From contig JBOHSH010000003.1 of NCBI GenBank assembly GCA_050733195.1, forward strand, positions 908-64,907: DNA of 64,000 nt. Reading direction: 5' to 3'. Within the stretch, counting starts at the first letter, position 1, and every line of letters starts with the position of its first letter. This stretch comes from Gemmatimonadales bacterium. GTDB lineage: Bacteria > Gemmatimonadota > Gemmatimonadetes > Gemmatimonadales > GWC2-71-9. Below the pieces are notes generated by a model. It was not told where the DNA came from and did no database searches. It saw only the letters and a list, made by a program, of their open reading frames with translations. The position numbers and the translations under genes are program-made. Positions 54,300-64,000 of the stretch are shown here, piece after piece.

Positions 54300-57005
54300 C
54301 TACCGTCCCGGCGCCATGAGAAGCGCATTGGTGAACAGACCCGCCGGACCTCTCCAGAAGGCCCGGAACAGCGGGTCCTCGGCGAACAGCACCACCCTTC
54401 CCCGCCCGACGTTCTCGACCGCGGCCCACACGGCACCGGTCAGCAGGCGCTCCGTGTTCCCGGGCCACGTGAAGCCCGAGAGCACGAGGTCCTTGCCGAG
54501 GAACGTCACCGGATTATCGCCCTTCTTCGACGGGGTGAGGAACCCATCGCCCGAAACCAGCACGGCGAGATGGCTTCGGTCGTATCCGTACGTAAGCCAG
54601 TGCGTGCGGTCGAGCGTCGCCCGGGCGATCATGCCGGGAACGCCTTCGACCCGCGCGCTGTCCGGGGCGGTAGGCGAGACGAGCGGAGGGCCGGGCTGGG
54701 CCGTCACGGAGAGGGTCGTGTCCGCCGGCGTCCGCTTGGGCTCCTTCGAGGCGTCGGCGGGCTCCTCTCTCCGGCCGACCTGGCCCACCGTCGTCAGCGC
54801 CAGCTCCTTGGCCGCCAGGAGATCACGGGCTCCTCCGATCGCGATGATCGCCCCGCCTTCCTGCACCCAGCGCTTGAGCCGCTCCGCGTCGCCGAGGCGC
54901 CGGAGCATCGTGCCGCCCGACCCCTCGGGCAGAATCAGCACGTTGTAATCGGCCAGGTTGATGCGCCCGAACTGGGCCAGATCGGCCGGCACGACCGGGT
55001 ACTCGAGCTCGCGCTCCACGAAGTACCAGATCGAGCCGAAGGTCGTCTGCGCGACCCCGTCTCCGCCGGCCAGCAGAATCCTGGGGGACTTGAGCGACCG
55101 GATCGACTCGCTCCCCACGCCGACGCCGGTGTCGGTGAAGGCCGACTGCACCGCCGTCACCTCGGCCCGCGCGCGCTCGGCCAGCACACGCATGCGATCG
55201 TGGAGGGTGGCGGCGTTGCGCTGCACGCGGGCGACGAAGGTGCCGGTGGGCCACGTGCGGCCGTCGGCCCGGACCGGGTCGGTCGTGATCCCGACGGCGA
55301 AGCCCTCGCGCAGCAGGTACAGCGCCAGGCGCGCGCTCGTCTCCCTGCCGCCGGGGAAGAGGTACGCCGATCGCCCGCGTCCGCTCACCGTGCCCGCCGG
55401 AAGCGGGGTGGCCGTAGTCACCGGCTCCCCCGCGACGGGCGGGGCATCCTCGGTCCAGGCGGCGTCGACTCCGTAGGTGAACGGCAGCGCCCACGCCGTG
55501 ATGTCGTAAAACTCGTAGAACTCGGTCGACGCCTCCTCGCCGCGCCGCCGATTCCGCTCGAATCGGTCCAGCTGGCGCCGGACGAACACCGAGTCGAGGA
55601 TGGCCCGGGGCTCGAGCAGCGCCGTGGCGAGCCGCGCCTGCGGCTGGGCCAGGTCGATCACGTAGCTCCCGGCCGGGAACGTCCGCCGGGCCGGCGGGCC
55701 GCCGAAATAGTCGTGCGCGGCCACGGACGAGAAGCCGTTCCCCGCCCGCGTCACCTCGACCCCCGACCGGGCGAGCAGATGCGCGACCCGGAGCTGCAGC
55801 GCGGGGTCGCCGGTCGGGGAGATGACCACCCGCTTCATCGGTCGCGTGCGGGCTTCGGTCATCCCGCTGGCGCGGAACTCGTAATAGTCGCGGAGGCGCT
55901 CCTCCTTCCCCTCCGCCAGCGCGCCCAGCGACGCCATCGAGGCGGTAAAGTGGTGGGCGATCCCGTCCGCGAACGTCATCACCGTCCCGTCTTCCTTGCG
56001 GAGACGGATCTCGGGCCCGCCGTCGGTCTCGAACGTCATCCCCGTGGCCCCGGAGAGCGACGGGTACATGTCGACGTATCCCGGATAGAAGAAGTCGAAG
56101 ATGTCGCGGGTGTAATACTGCCACCCGTGGCGGTCGAACGCGGCGGCGTTGGCCTTCCCGAACCGTTCCTCCCACTTGGACTGCCAGGGCCCGAGGTTCA
56201 GGTTCATCGGCCGGGCCGTGGGCGGGAAGAAGTACTGGCTCGTCGTGCTGTGGAGATCGATCACGAGCTGGGGCCACCACGTCGTCATCACTCCCAGCAG
56301 CGCGCGGGTCTCGTTCTGGCTCTGGGCGACGAAGTCGCGGTTCATGTCGAACCGGTAGTGGTTGAACCGTCCCCAGATGGCCCAGGGCTCGGTCTGCTCC
56401 AGCGCGCCCGGCTCGTCGCTCGCGACCGCCACCGAATTGTTCCAGGCGGCGAACCGCTCGTGCCCGTCGGGGTTCTGCGAGGGATTGAGGATCGTCACCA
56501 CGTTGCGGAGGATCGCCTGGGTGCCGGGCTCGTCCGACGCGAGGAGCTGAAACGCCGTCTGCATCACCGCCTCGAATCCCGCGGGCTCGTTGCCGTGGAT
56601 CGAATGCGAGAGCAGCGCCACGGCCGGAATGCTCCGCGCGATCTCCGCCGCCTGCGCGGCGGTGGTCCGGCGCGGATCGCCCAGCCGCAGGAGGCTCGCC
56701 TTGATCTCGTCCAGCCGCCCGATGTTCTCCGGCGCCGAGATGATCAGCACCCGCATCACCTTGCCCTCGGCGGTGGTGCCGATGACCTCGGTCCGCACGC
56801 GGTCCGGAGCCGCGGCGATCAGGCGGTCGAGCACTCGCTGCTGCTCGTGGTACATCGTGTGACGGCTGCCCAGCGGATGGCCGAGGAGGGAATCGGGTCT
56901 GGGCACCGCCGCGCGGTAGGGGCCACGGGCGTACCAGTCGAACGGCTCCTGTGCGGAGACCGTGGCCGGGGCAAGAGCCAGGAGAGCCAGCAGGATGAGG
57001 CGCAT
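54300..57005 (-). CDS. M14-family zinc carboxypeptidase-like protein, secreted, with large C-terminal extension
   Basis: Signal peptide MRLILLALLALAPATVSAQ. Zinc motif HSIHGNEPAG (HxxE). 901 aa. Confidence 0.8.
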   Translation of the reverse strand: MRLILLALLALAPATVSAQEPFDWYARGPYRAAVPRPDSLLGHPLGSRHTMYHEQQRVLDRLIAAAPDRVRTEVIGTTAEGKVMRVLIISAPENIGRLDEIKASLLRLGDPRRTTAAQAAEIARSIPAVALLSHSIHGNEPAGFEAVMQTAFQLLASDEPGTQAILRNVVTILNPSQNPDGHERFAAWNNSVAVASDEPGALEQTEPWAIWGRFNHYRFDMNRDFVAQSQNETRALLGVMTTWWPQLVIDLHSTTSQYFFPPTARPMNLNLGPWQSKWEERFGKANAAAFDRHGWQYYTRDIFDFFYPGYVDMYPSLSGATGMTFETDGGPEIRLRKEDGTVMTFADGIAHHFTASMASLGALAEGKEERLRDYYEFRASGMTEARTRPMKRVVISPTGDPALQLRVAHLLARSGVEVTRAGNGFSSVAAHDYFGGPPARRTFPAGSYVIDLAQPQARLATALLEPRAILDSVFVRRQLDRFERNRRRGEEASTEFYEFYDITAWALPFTYGVDAAWTEDAPPVAGEPVTTATPLPAGTVSGRGRSAYLFPGGRETSARLALYLLREGFAVGITTDPVRADGRTWPTGTFVARVQRNAATLHDRMRVLAERARAEVTAVQSAFTDTGVGVGSESIRSLKSPRILLAGGDGVAQTTFGSIWYFVERELEYPVVPADLAQFGRINLADYNVLILPEGSGGTMLRRLGDAERLKRWVQEGGAIIAIGGARDLLAAKELALTTVGQVGRREEPADASKEPKRTPADTTLSVTAQPGPPLVSPTAPDSARVEGVPGMIARATLDRTHWLTYGYDRSHLAVLVSGDGFLTPSKKGDNPVTFLGKDLVLSGFTWPGNTERLLTGAVWAAVENVGRGRVVLFAEDPLFRAFWRGPAGLFTNALLMAPGR

Positions 57006-57007
57006 GG

Positions 57008-57080
57008 GGGGTTCTGGGTTCTGAGTTCTGGGTTCTGGGTTCTGAGTTCTGGGTTCTGGGTTCTGGGTTCTGGGTTCAGA
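57008..57080. repeat. tandem heptamer array (GTTCTGG/GTTCTGA) x10
   Basis: GTTCT cores every 7 nt from 57011 to 57067, then GTTCA at 57074. Fills the entire 70-nt gap between the yihY stop (57076) and the M14 start (57005). Four consecutive GGGTTCT units at 57051-57077 form a canonical G4 motif on the plus strand. Confidence 0.92.
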
Positions 57081-57867
57081 ACTCGGAACTCCCTCGCTGG
57101 AGGCGCTGGAGCCGTCTCAGCTCCCACGTCTCGACCACGACCCCGCCCAGGAGAAAGACGAGTCCGGAGTAGTACACCCAGACGACGAACAGGATCACGG
57201 CGCCGATGGTGGCGTCGACGCCAGCCGTCCCCCATCGGGCCGCTTCCCGGAGGTACAGGCCGAACAGCCGCTTGGCCAGCTCGAACGCCACCGCCATGAT
57301 CGTGGCGGCCAGGAGCGCTCCGGGCCAGAGGACCCGTCGGACCGAGGCATGGCGGTAGAGAAAGAAGAACACGCCGATCAGGAACAGGAAGCCCAGCAGC
57401 TCACCGCCCCAACGGAGGACCGGCGAGAGCAGGGCTTCGCCGGACCGTCCCTTGGAATAGACCTGGATCCAGCTGAGCCCGAAGGTCAGCGCCGTGTTGA
57501 CCAGGAACAGGCTCAGGGTCAGCAGGACCATGCCGAGGTCGCGGAGCTTTCCCTGCGCGTACCGCAGCAGGAAGTGGCCGGAAGGGGGGCGGACGGAGAC
57601 GTCGAAAATGAAGTTGAGTGACGTGCGAACGCTGGCGAAGAGTCGTGTGGCGAACCAGAGGAACAGGGGGAGCGCCACGAGGGACAGCGTTTCGGAGACC
57701 GCCATGACCCGGCCGAGAATCCCCTCGATCAGCTCGAAGGGATCGGTGCCGTCCGGGAGGATGTGGGGAGGAAGAAACCGCTCGATCAGGACTTCAGGCT
57801 GGATGGGGCCGGCCCCGATCACCGCCTGCAGGACCTGGCGCAGGCCGGCGAAAAGGAGCAGGAACAT
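57076..57867 (-). CDS. YihY/BrkB-family membrane protein; true N-terminus probably extends upstream to about 58005
   Basis: The ORF from ATG 57867 is 263 aa. The same frame upstream, open to 58026, encodes WYRSFGGFLRRTLQAADESNVPFLASALSFDALLAAVP, which is the conserved YihY N-terminal helix. That stretch contains no ATG, GTG or TTG. Confidence 0.7.
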   Translation of the reverse strand: MFLLLFAGLRQVLQAVIGAGPIQPEVLIERFLPPHILPDGTDPFELIEGILGRVMAVSETLSLVALPLFLWFATRLFASVRTSLNFIFDVSVRPPSGHFLLRYAQGKLRDLGMVLLTLSLFLVNTALTFGLSWIQVYSKGRSGEALLSPVLRWGGELLGFLFLIGVFFFLYRHASVRRVLWPGALLAATIMAVAFELAKRLFGLYLREAARWGTAGVDATIGAVILFVVWVYYSGLVFLLGGVVVETWELRRLQRLQRGSSEF

Positions 57868-58001
57868 CGGGACGGCCGCGAGCAGAGCGTCGAACGAAAG
57901 CGCGCTCGCCAGGAAGGGAACGTTGCTCTCGTCCGCGGCCTGAAGAGTCCGTCGCAGGAATCCGCCAAACGACCGATACCAGCCGTGCGGGCGGATGTCG
58001 C

Positions 58002-58418
58002 TCAGGCGACAGGCTCCTCGTCCTCTTCAGCCGCCAGGGCACGCCGGCGGCGGGCGCGGGCCTCCGCGAGCCGCTGCTCCAACTCGAGACGCGCCGGGGA
58101 CGCTTCGCCGGCAGTGGCCCGGCGGACCGGCGGCTCCTCGATCCCGGACGGGAGCTCCTCGTCCTCGAGCTCCGACTCAGAGCGGTGGATCGGCTCCTCG
58201 TCCTCCTCCGCACCGTGCAAGCCGCTCAGCGCGTCGTCGGCGACCTCGCGCAGCTTGGCCAGACGCTTGCCGAGATCGCGCCGGGTCTCTTCGCCGGAGC
58301 GCGGCGCGAACAGGAGTCCGAGGCCCGCGCCGAGCGCGGTGCCCACCAGCAGCCACCAGAGCGGAGAATGCGATTCCCCACGCTCCACGACGATCACATC
58401 ACGGTCATCACGAGCCAT
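58002..58418 (-). CDS. YtxH-domain protein
   Basis: Track ORF 58002..58445; ATG 58418 is preferred because it lies 4 nt after the aldolase stop. WWLLVGTALGAGLGLLFAPRSGEETRRDLGKRL is YtxH-like. Confidence 0.65.
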   Translation of the reverse strand: MARDDRDVIVVERGESHSPLWWLLVGTALGAGLGLLFAPRSGEETRRDLGKRLAKLREVADDALSGLHGAEEDEEPIHRSESELEDEELPSGIEEPPVRRATAGEASPARLELEQRLAEARARRRRALAAEEDEEPVA

Positions 58419-58422
58419 ATGG

Positions 58423-59844
58423 TCACTCTCCTGCTTCCGCGTCATCCACCGCCCGTCCCTCGGCCCGATGCAGCTCCGCCCAGCTCAAGGGTCCAGCGCT
58501 CACGTGCTTCCGGACCAGCCCGGCCGTTCCCCGGACCTGCAGCTGATCGAAGAGGAACGCAAACGTCGCCTCCAGATCGGCGGCGATGGCGCCCCGCACG
58601 TCCGCGGGAAGCGACCAGAGCTCCTCCTTGAAAGGCCCGATCGCCTTCTTGCGAGCCCGGTAGTAGAACTGTTCGTCGGTGTCTTTCGGCTTCCGCTCGC
58701 TCTGCGCGTTGGCGTCGAGCCATTCGTACATCCGCTTCCGCAGCTCCGCCGGCAGGCGGCCGTGATCGAACACGATGCTCTGGAAGTTGGTGGCGAGATG
58801 GATCTCGACCGTCTCGATCCTCGGAAAATGGCTGAAGGCGTCCTGCGGGAGGGTGCTGGCGCCGTGCTGGACCGCCCCGCCGAGCCCGTACCGGTTCCGC
58901 GCGGCGGTCGAGAGCGCCTCGAGCGCCGCGAGGTCGAGCTTCACCTCCGCCATGGTGCCGTCCGGCAGCACCACGCCGCCATGGGACGTGCCGGTCTGGA
59001 CCGAGATCTTGCTGATGCCCGCGAGCTTTTTCCCCCGGCCCGCGAGGGTTCGGTTGTAGCCGTCCATGAAGGCGTGAAGCTCTTCGACCGTGCTGTTCTT
59101 CGCGCCGACCTCTCCAATCTCGGCCCCCACCGAAACGGTCACGTCCCGGGGCTCGATCGACCGGATGAACTCGGTGATCTCGGCGGCCCGCTCGTAATTG
59201 ACCCTCTGCTGGAGATCCAGGTTCGGCTGCTCGAGATCGACCAGCGTGGAGGTGTCGACGTCGACGTTGAAGAAGCCGGCGCCGACCTCCTCGGCGATCA
59301 GCTTCTTCACCTCCCCGACCTCGCCTTCGGGATCGGTCGCGTACTTCTTGGCGTTGACCTGACAGTGGTCGCCCTGAATGAACAGGGGAAGTCGGTATCC
59401 CTCCCGAAGCGCCGCGCCGATCATCGCCGCGACGTACTCCGCCGGCCGCTGGTCGGTGTACGCGATCTCGCTCCGGGCGATTTCCACGATGATCGCGCCG
59501 GCGTCGGCCGCCATCGCCGCTCGGAACACGGCTCGTCCGGTGTCGTACGCCAGCATGCGCACGTTGATGGCCGGCACCGTGAAGCCCCCGCACTCCCCCC
59601 GGCCGCGCGCCAGGTAGAGATCATGAATGGACGCGGGGCGCACGCCGGTCGCCTGGCCGAGGTCCCACAGCAGCCGACGCGCGGCATCACGCTCGGCGTC
59701 GATGCCGAACACCGCCTGGTGCACCAGCCGATCCATCGCTTCGCCGGCCAGACGGGACGGATCGCGAACTTCGACACCATGGGGACCGGCTACGACGGCG
59801 CCGTCGAAGAGTCCGGCGGCACGCTGATCGATCGCAGTCGTCAT
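58423..59844 (-). CDS. class II aldolase family protein (fructose-1,6-bisphosphate aldolase-like, long form)
   Basis: FTVPAINV, FIQGDHCQ and VQTGTSHGG correspond to class II FBA/TBP aldolase metal and substrate motifs. 473 aa. Confidence 0.7.
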   Translation of the reverse strand: MTTAIDQRAAGLFDGAVVAGPHGVEVRDPSRLAGEAMDRLVHQAVFGIDAERDAARRLLWDLGQATGVRPASIHDLYLARGRGECGGFTVPAINVRMLAYDTGRAVFRAAMAADAGAIIVEIARSEIAYTDQRPAEYVAAMIGAALREGYRLPLFIQGDHCQVNAKKYATDPEGEVGEVKKLIAEEVGAGFFNVDVDTSTLVDLEQPNLDLQQRVNYERAAEITEFIRSIEPRDVTVSVGAEIGEVGAKNSTVEELHAFMDGYNRTLAGRGKKLAGISKISVQTGTSHGGVVLPDGTMAEVKLDLAALEALSTAARNRYGLGGAVQHGASTLPQDAFSHFPRIETVEIHLATNFQSIVFDHGRLPAELRKRMYEWLDANAQSERKPKDTDEQFYYRARKKAIGPFKEELWSLPADVRGAIAADLEATFAFLFDQLQVRGTAGLVRKHVSAGPLSWAELHRAEGRAVDDAEAGE

Positions 59845-60009
59845 GGCCCAGGGTTCCCGACGAAAGAGGAGGGCACCACGAGTGAGGCGGGCAATTTAGG
59901 TCGCGCGTCATGGAGCGTCAAACGAATTCGGCGTCCCGGCTCGCCAATCAGGCCGGGAACGAGTCCCGCCGCTTTCGGCCAAACGCCCGGCCTGTCACGA
60001 CTTGGCCGA

Positions 60010-60316
60010 TTATCCACAAGAAGGCGCGTTGTGTAAGTAGTGTGGAACAAAGAGTTACGGTGTTTCCATAATGTGGAAATTCAAGTCCGGTCACAGGGGT
60101 AGGCCCCCCAATGGTTTGCCCGTTCCACGGATGAGTTCTCCCAATTTCCACTTGTGGATAACTCGTCTAATTCACACGTTTGTGGACCGGGAACCGGGAG
60201 GCCCCTGTAGCCCTATCGACCGCTCCAAACCACTGTGGACGGTCTGTGGCCGTGGGGTGGAAGTTCCTGCCCCCATCAGCGGATCCCCTGTCGATAGTTC
60301 CTGAACACCCTCCACA
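60010..60316. other. DnaA-box cluster / candidate chromosomal replication origin (oriC)
   Basis: Two perfect boxes: TTATCCACA at 60010-60018 and TGTGGATAA at 60153-60161. Exact TGTGGA/TCCACA cores also occur at 60041, 60072, 60181, 60234 and 60311, and TCCAC cores at 60124 and 60147. A low-GC stretch spans 60034-60095, and gene strand switches at this gap. Confidence 0.5.
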
Positions 60317-60424
60317 TCGGATCTTGCCCGTCGGGGCCTCCCGCGAGCCCTCGTCACTCGACCACTGCGACTGCGATACCGGTCACTTACATTCCGGCAC
60401 CCTTCACCCCAAAACCTTCGGACC

Positions 60425-61879
<1,455 letters not shown>

Positions 61880-61884
61880 CGGCG

Positions 61885-62664
61885 ATGCGGCTCACCCTGC
61901 TCGGGACTGGAACCTCGTTCGGGGTGCCCCAGATCGGGTGCGAGTGCGGCGTCTGCCGGTCGAGCGACCCGAAGGACCGGCGCACCCGAACCGCGGCGCT
62001 GCTGGAATCGGAGGACACGGCGATCCTGATCGACACGCCGCCCGAGCTGCGGCTTCAGCTGCTCGCTGCCGGTACGAGGCGCCTCGATGCGGTGCTCTAC
62101 ACGCACGAGCACGCCGACCACGTCGGCGGGATCGACGACCTCCGGATCTTCTCAGTAAGACGGCCCGAGCCACTGCCCCTCTACGGCGCACCGCCGGTTC
62201 TCGAGTTCCTTCGGTCCTCGTACCGCTACATCTTCGACGATGCGACGCCGGTCTACGCGGGCACCTCGCGGCCGCGACTCACCTTGCGCACCCTCGAGGC
62301 AAGCCGGCCGCTCGACATCGCCGGAGTGCCCGTGCTGCCCATCCAGTTCGAGCATGGCCACGAAGGCGTCATGGGCTTTCGCTTCGGGGCCGTGGCCTAC
62401 CTCACCGACGTCAAGCGCGTGCCTGACGAGGCACGCGAGCAGCTTCGGAACCTCGAGATCCTCGTGCTCAACGCCCTCTGGTGGCGGCCGCACCCGACCC
62501 ACCTCTCGATACCGGAAGCGATCGATACGGCCCGCGCTCTCGGCGCCCGCCGGACGGTGCTCACCCATCTCACCCACGAGACCGGCCACGCCGATCTCGC
62601 CTCGCGGCTCCCGCCCGGCGTCGAGCCGGGCTATGACGGGCTCTCTCTGGAGGTCTCCGGATGA
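61885..62664 (+). CDS. MBL-fold metallo-hydrolase (PhnP/GPMD-like)
   Basis: ATG 61885 gives [24 protein letters not shown]. Motif HEHADHVGG (HxHxDH). Confidence 0.8.
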   Translation: MRLTLLGTGTSFGVPQIGCECGVCRSSDPKDRRTRTAALLESEDTAILIDTPPELRLQLLAAGTRRLDAVLYTHEHADHVGGIDDLRIFSVRRPEPLPLYGAPPVLEFLRSSYRYIFDDATPVYAGTSRPRLTLRTLEASRPLDIAGVPVLPIQFEHGHEGVMGFRFGAVAYLTDVKRVPDEAREQLRNLEILVLNALWWRPHPTHLSIPEAIDTARALGARRTVLTHLTHETGHADLASRLPPGVEPGYDGLSLEVSG

Positions 62665-64000
62665 GGCTGTACTACGGCCGGATGCTCGCCGACGCGCTGG
62701 ACGGGGAACACGGCCTTCCCCGCCCGAGGCTCGCCGAGCTGAGCCAGCGGTTTCCCCAGGTTCTGGACGAGGTGCGGGCGCGGCGGCGCGACGGCGAGTA
62801 CGGCTTCTACGAGCTCGGTGAGCAGGCGGAGACCGTCAAAGCCATCCGGCGCTTCGCCGAGGGGGTGGGGCAGGCCTACGATCACGTGCTCGTCCTTGGC
62901 ATCGGTGGATCGGCCCTGGGCACCAGGGCGCTGGTCAACGCCCTCAAGACCCCCGCCTGGAACGAGCTCACTGACGAGGCCCGCGAGTACTTCCCGAGAA
63001 TCACCATCCTCGAGAATGTGGATCCGACCTCGGTCGCGGCGGCCCTGCGCCAGATCGACCCCCGGCGCGCCTTCGTCAACGTCATCAGCAAATCCGGAGG
63101 AACCGCGGAGACGCTGGCGCAGTACCTCGTGGTCCGGCAATGGCTCGACGAGTCGCTGGGGCCCGACGCGGCGGTGCGCCATCTCGCGTTCACGACCGAT
63201 CCGGCCAAGGGGCCGCTGCGGGCCCTGGCGCGGAAGGAGGGCATCGCCGCGCTCGAGGTCCCCCCGGACGTCGGCGGCCGGTTCAGTGTGTTGACCGCGG
63301 TAGGGCTGCTTCCGGCCGCCCTGGTGGGCATCGACATCGAGGCCCTGCTGGCCGGAGCCCGGAAGGCACTGGCGCGCGCGGAGCGGGATACCCTTCTCCA
63401 GAACCCGCCCGCGCTGTTCGCCGCGCTGCTCTGGGCGGCCGACGCCCGCCTCGGTGCCAGGACCCACGTGCTGATGCCCTACTCCGACCGGTTGCGGGAG
63501 CTTGCCGCCTGGTTCGTGCAGCTCTGGGCGGAGTCGCTCGGCAAGCGGACGGATCGACGGGGCGCCGTCGTCCATACCGGCCCGACCCCGCTGGCCGCCG
63601 TGGGGGCCTCCGACCAGCACAGCCAGGTGCAGCTCTTCATGGAGGGACCGTACGACAAGGTCGTGACGTTCGTCCGGGTGGAGCACGCGGAGCCGGATGT
63701 GCCGATCCCCTCGCGCTCGGGGGCTCCGGAGGAGATGGCCTATCTCCAGGGGCACACCCTCGGTCAGCTGCTCCTGGCGGAGCAGGAGGCGACTTCGGCG
63801 GCGCTGGCCCGCATGGGGCGGATGAACGCCACGCTCAGCCTGCCGACGCTCAACGCGGAGACGCTGGGCGAGCTCCTGATGTTCCTGCAGCTCGCGACCG
63901 GTTTCGCGGGCGTCTGGTACGGCGTGGATCCCTTCGATCAACCGGGGGTCGAGCTGGGCAAGCGGCTCACCTTCGCGGCGATGGGGCGGCCGGGATACAC
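62661..64000 (+). CDS. pgi: glucose-6-phosphate isomerase, 3' end outside the window
   Basis: Absent from the ORF track because there is no stop in the window. My own translation from ATG 62661 (ATGA overlap) gives MRLYYGRML...[16 protein letters not shown]...[15 protein letters not shown], i.e. PGI SIS-domain motifs. The frame stays open to nt 64000. Confidence 0.85.
   Translation, partial: MRLYYGRMLADALDGEHGLPRPRLAELSQRFPQVLDEVRARRRDGEYGFYELGEQAETVKAIRRFAEGVGQAYDHVLVLGIGGSALGTRALVNALKTPAWNELTDEAREYFPRITILENVDPTSVAAALRQIDPRRAFVNVISKSGGTAETLAQYLVVRQWLDESLGPDAAVRHLAFTTDPAKGPLRALARKEGIAALEVPPDVGGRFSVLTAVGLLPAALVGIDIEALLAGARKALARAERDTLLQNPPALFAALLWAADARLGARTHVLMPYSDRLRELAAWFVQLWAESLGKRTDRRGAVVHTGPTPLAAVGASDQHSQVQLFMEGPYDKVVTFVRVEHAEPDVPIPSRSGAPEEMAYLQGHTLGQLLLAEQEATSAALARMGRMNATLSLPTLNAETLGELLMFLQLATGFAGVWYGVDPFDQPGVELGKRLTFAAMGRPGY

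Noticed and set aside
60081-60110. AAGTCCGG...GGGGTAGGCCCC looked momentarily like the RNase P RNA CR-I (GGAAAGUCCGGGC).
   Set aside because: Only 8 nt match. The other conserved RNase P regions are not present in the 580-bp gap, and the segment is better explained as part of the DnaA-box cluster.

Overview
Visibly high-GC bacterial chromosomal segment (G+C not computed). I see about 54 protein genes and no integrase, transposase, phage or CRISPR content, so it reads as core genome. The mix of SusC/SusD, MglA/MglB, a bacillithiol gene and very high GC suggests a Gemmatimonadota-like organism, but that is inference only. All protein calls come from motif recognition by eye on the ORF track; no database search was run.

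Gene content, left to right:
- S9 peptidase, a 4-TM SLATT-like protein and a class V aminotransferase.
- A Cys-rich ArsR-type regulator divergent from two DUF4142 paralogs.
- A complete, translationally coupled aroF-trpE-G-D-CF-B-A operon.
- M20 peptidase, a large NtrY-like histidine kinase and a creatininase-family protein.
- TolC, a MacA-like adaptor and an ABC ATPase, followed by four MacB/LolC-type permeases.
- bshB1, a cysteine desulfurase with mnmA, and ppk1.
- A GT2 / alkaline-phosphatase-family pair opposite a GMC oxidoreductase.
- cinA, grpE and dnaJ; SusC/SusD; pgsA plus a barrel-less plug protein.
- ffs, then dnaX-ybaB-recR-orf90-mglB-mglA.
- M14 peptidase, yihY, ytxH, class II aldolase, pyk, an MBL hydrolase and pgi.

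Most interesting non-coding signals:
1. A Trp-codon leader peptide plus terminator (a classical attenuator) upstream of aroF-trp.
2. Seven intergenic tandem heptamer or nonamer arrays, several arranged as inverted arrays that could form hairpins or G-quadruplexes. They sit at gene ends or directly against start codons.
3. A small SRP RNA hidden under the longest-ORF start of dnaX.
4. A dense DnaA-box cluster in a low-GC 580-bp gap, exactly where gene orientation switches. This is a candidate oriC that is not linked to dnaA.

Notable coding oddities:
- mglBA is translationally chained to dnaX-ybaB-recR.
- MglA carries an insertion of about 30 aa.
- The four efflux permeases follow an A-B-A'-B' duplication pattern.
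- The conserved N-terminus of YihY has no canonical start codon.
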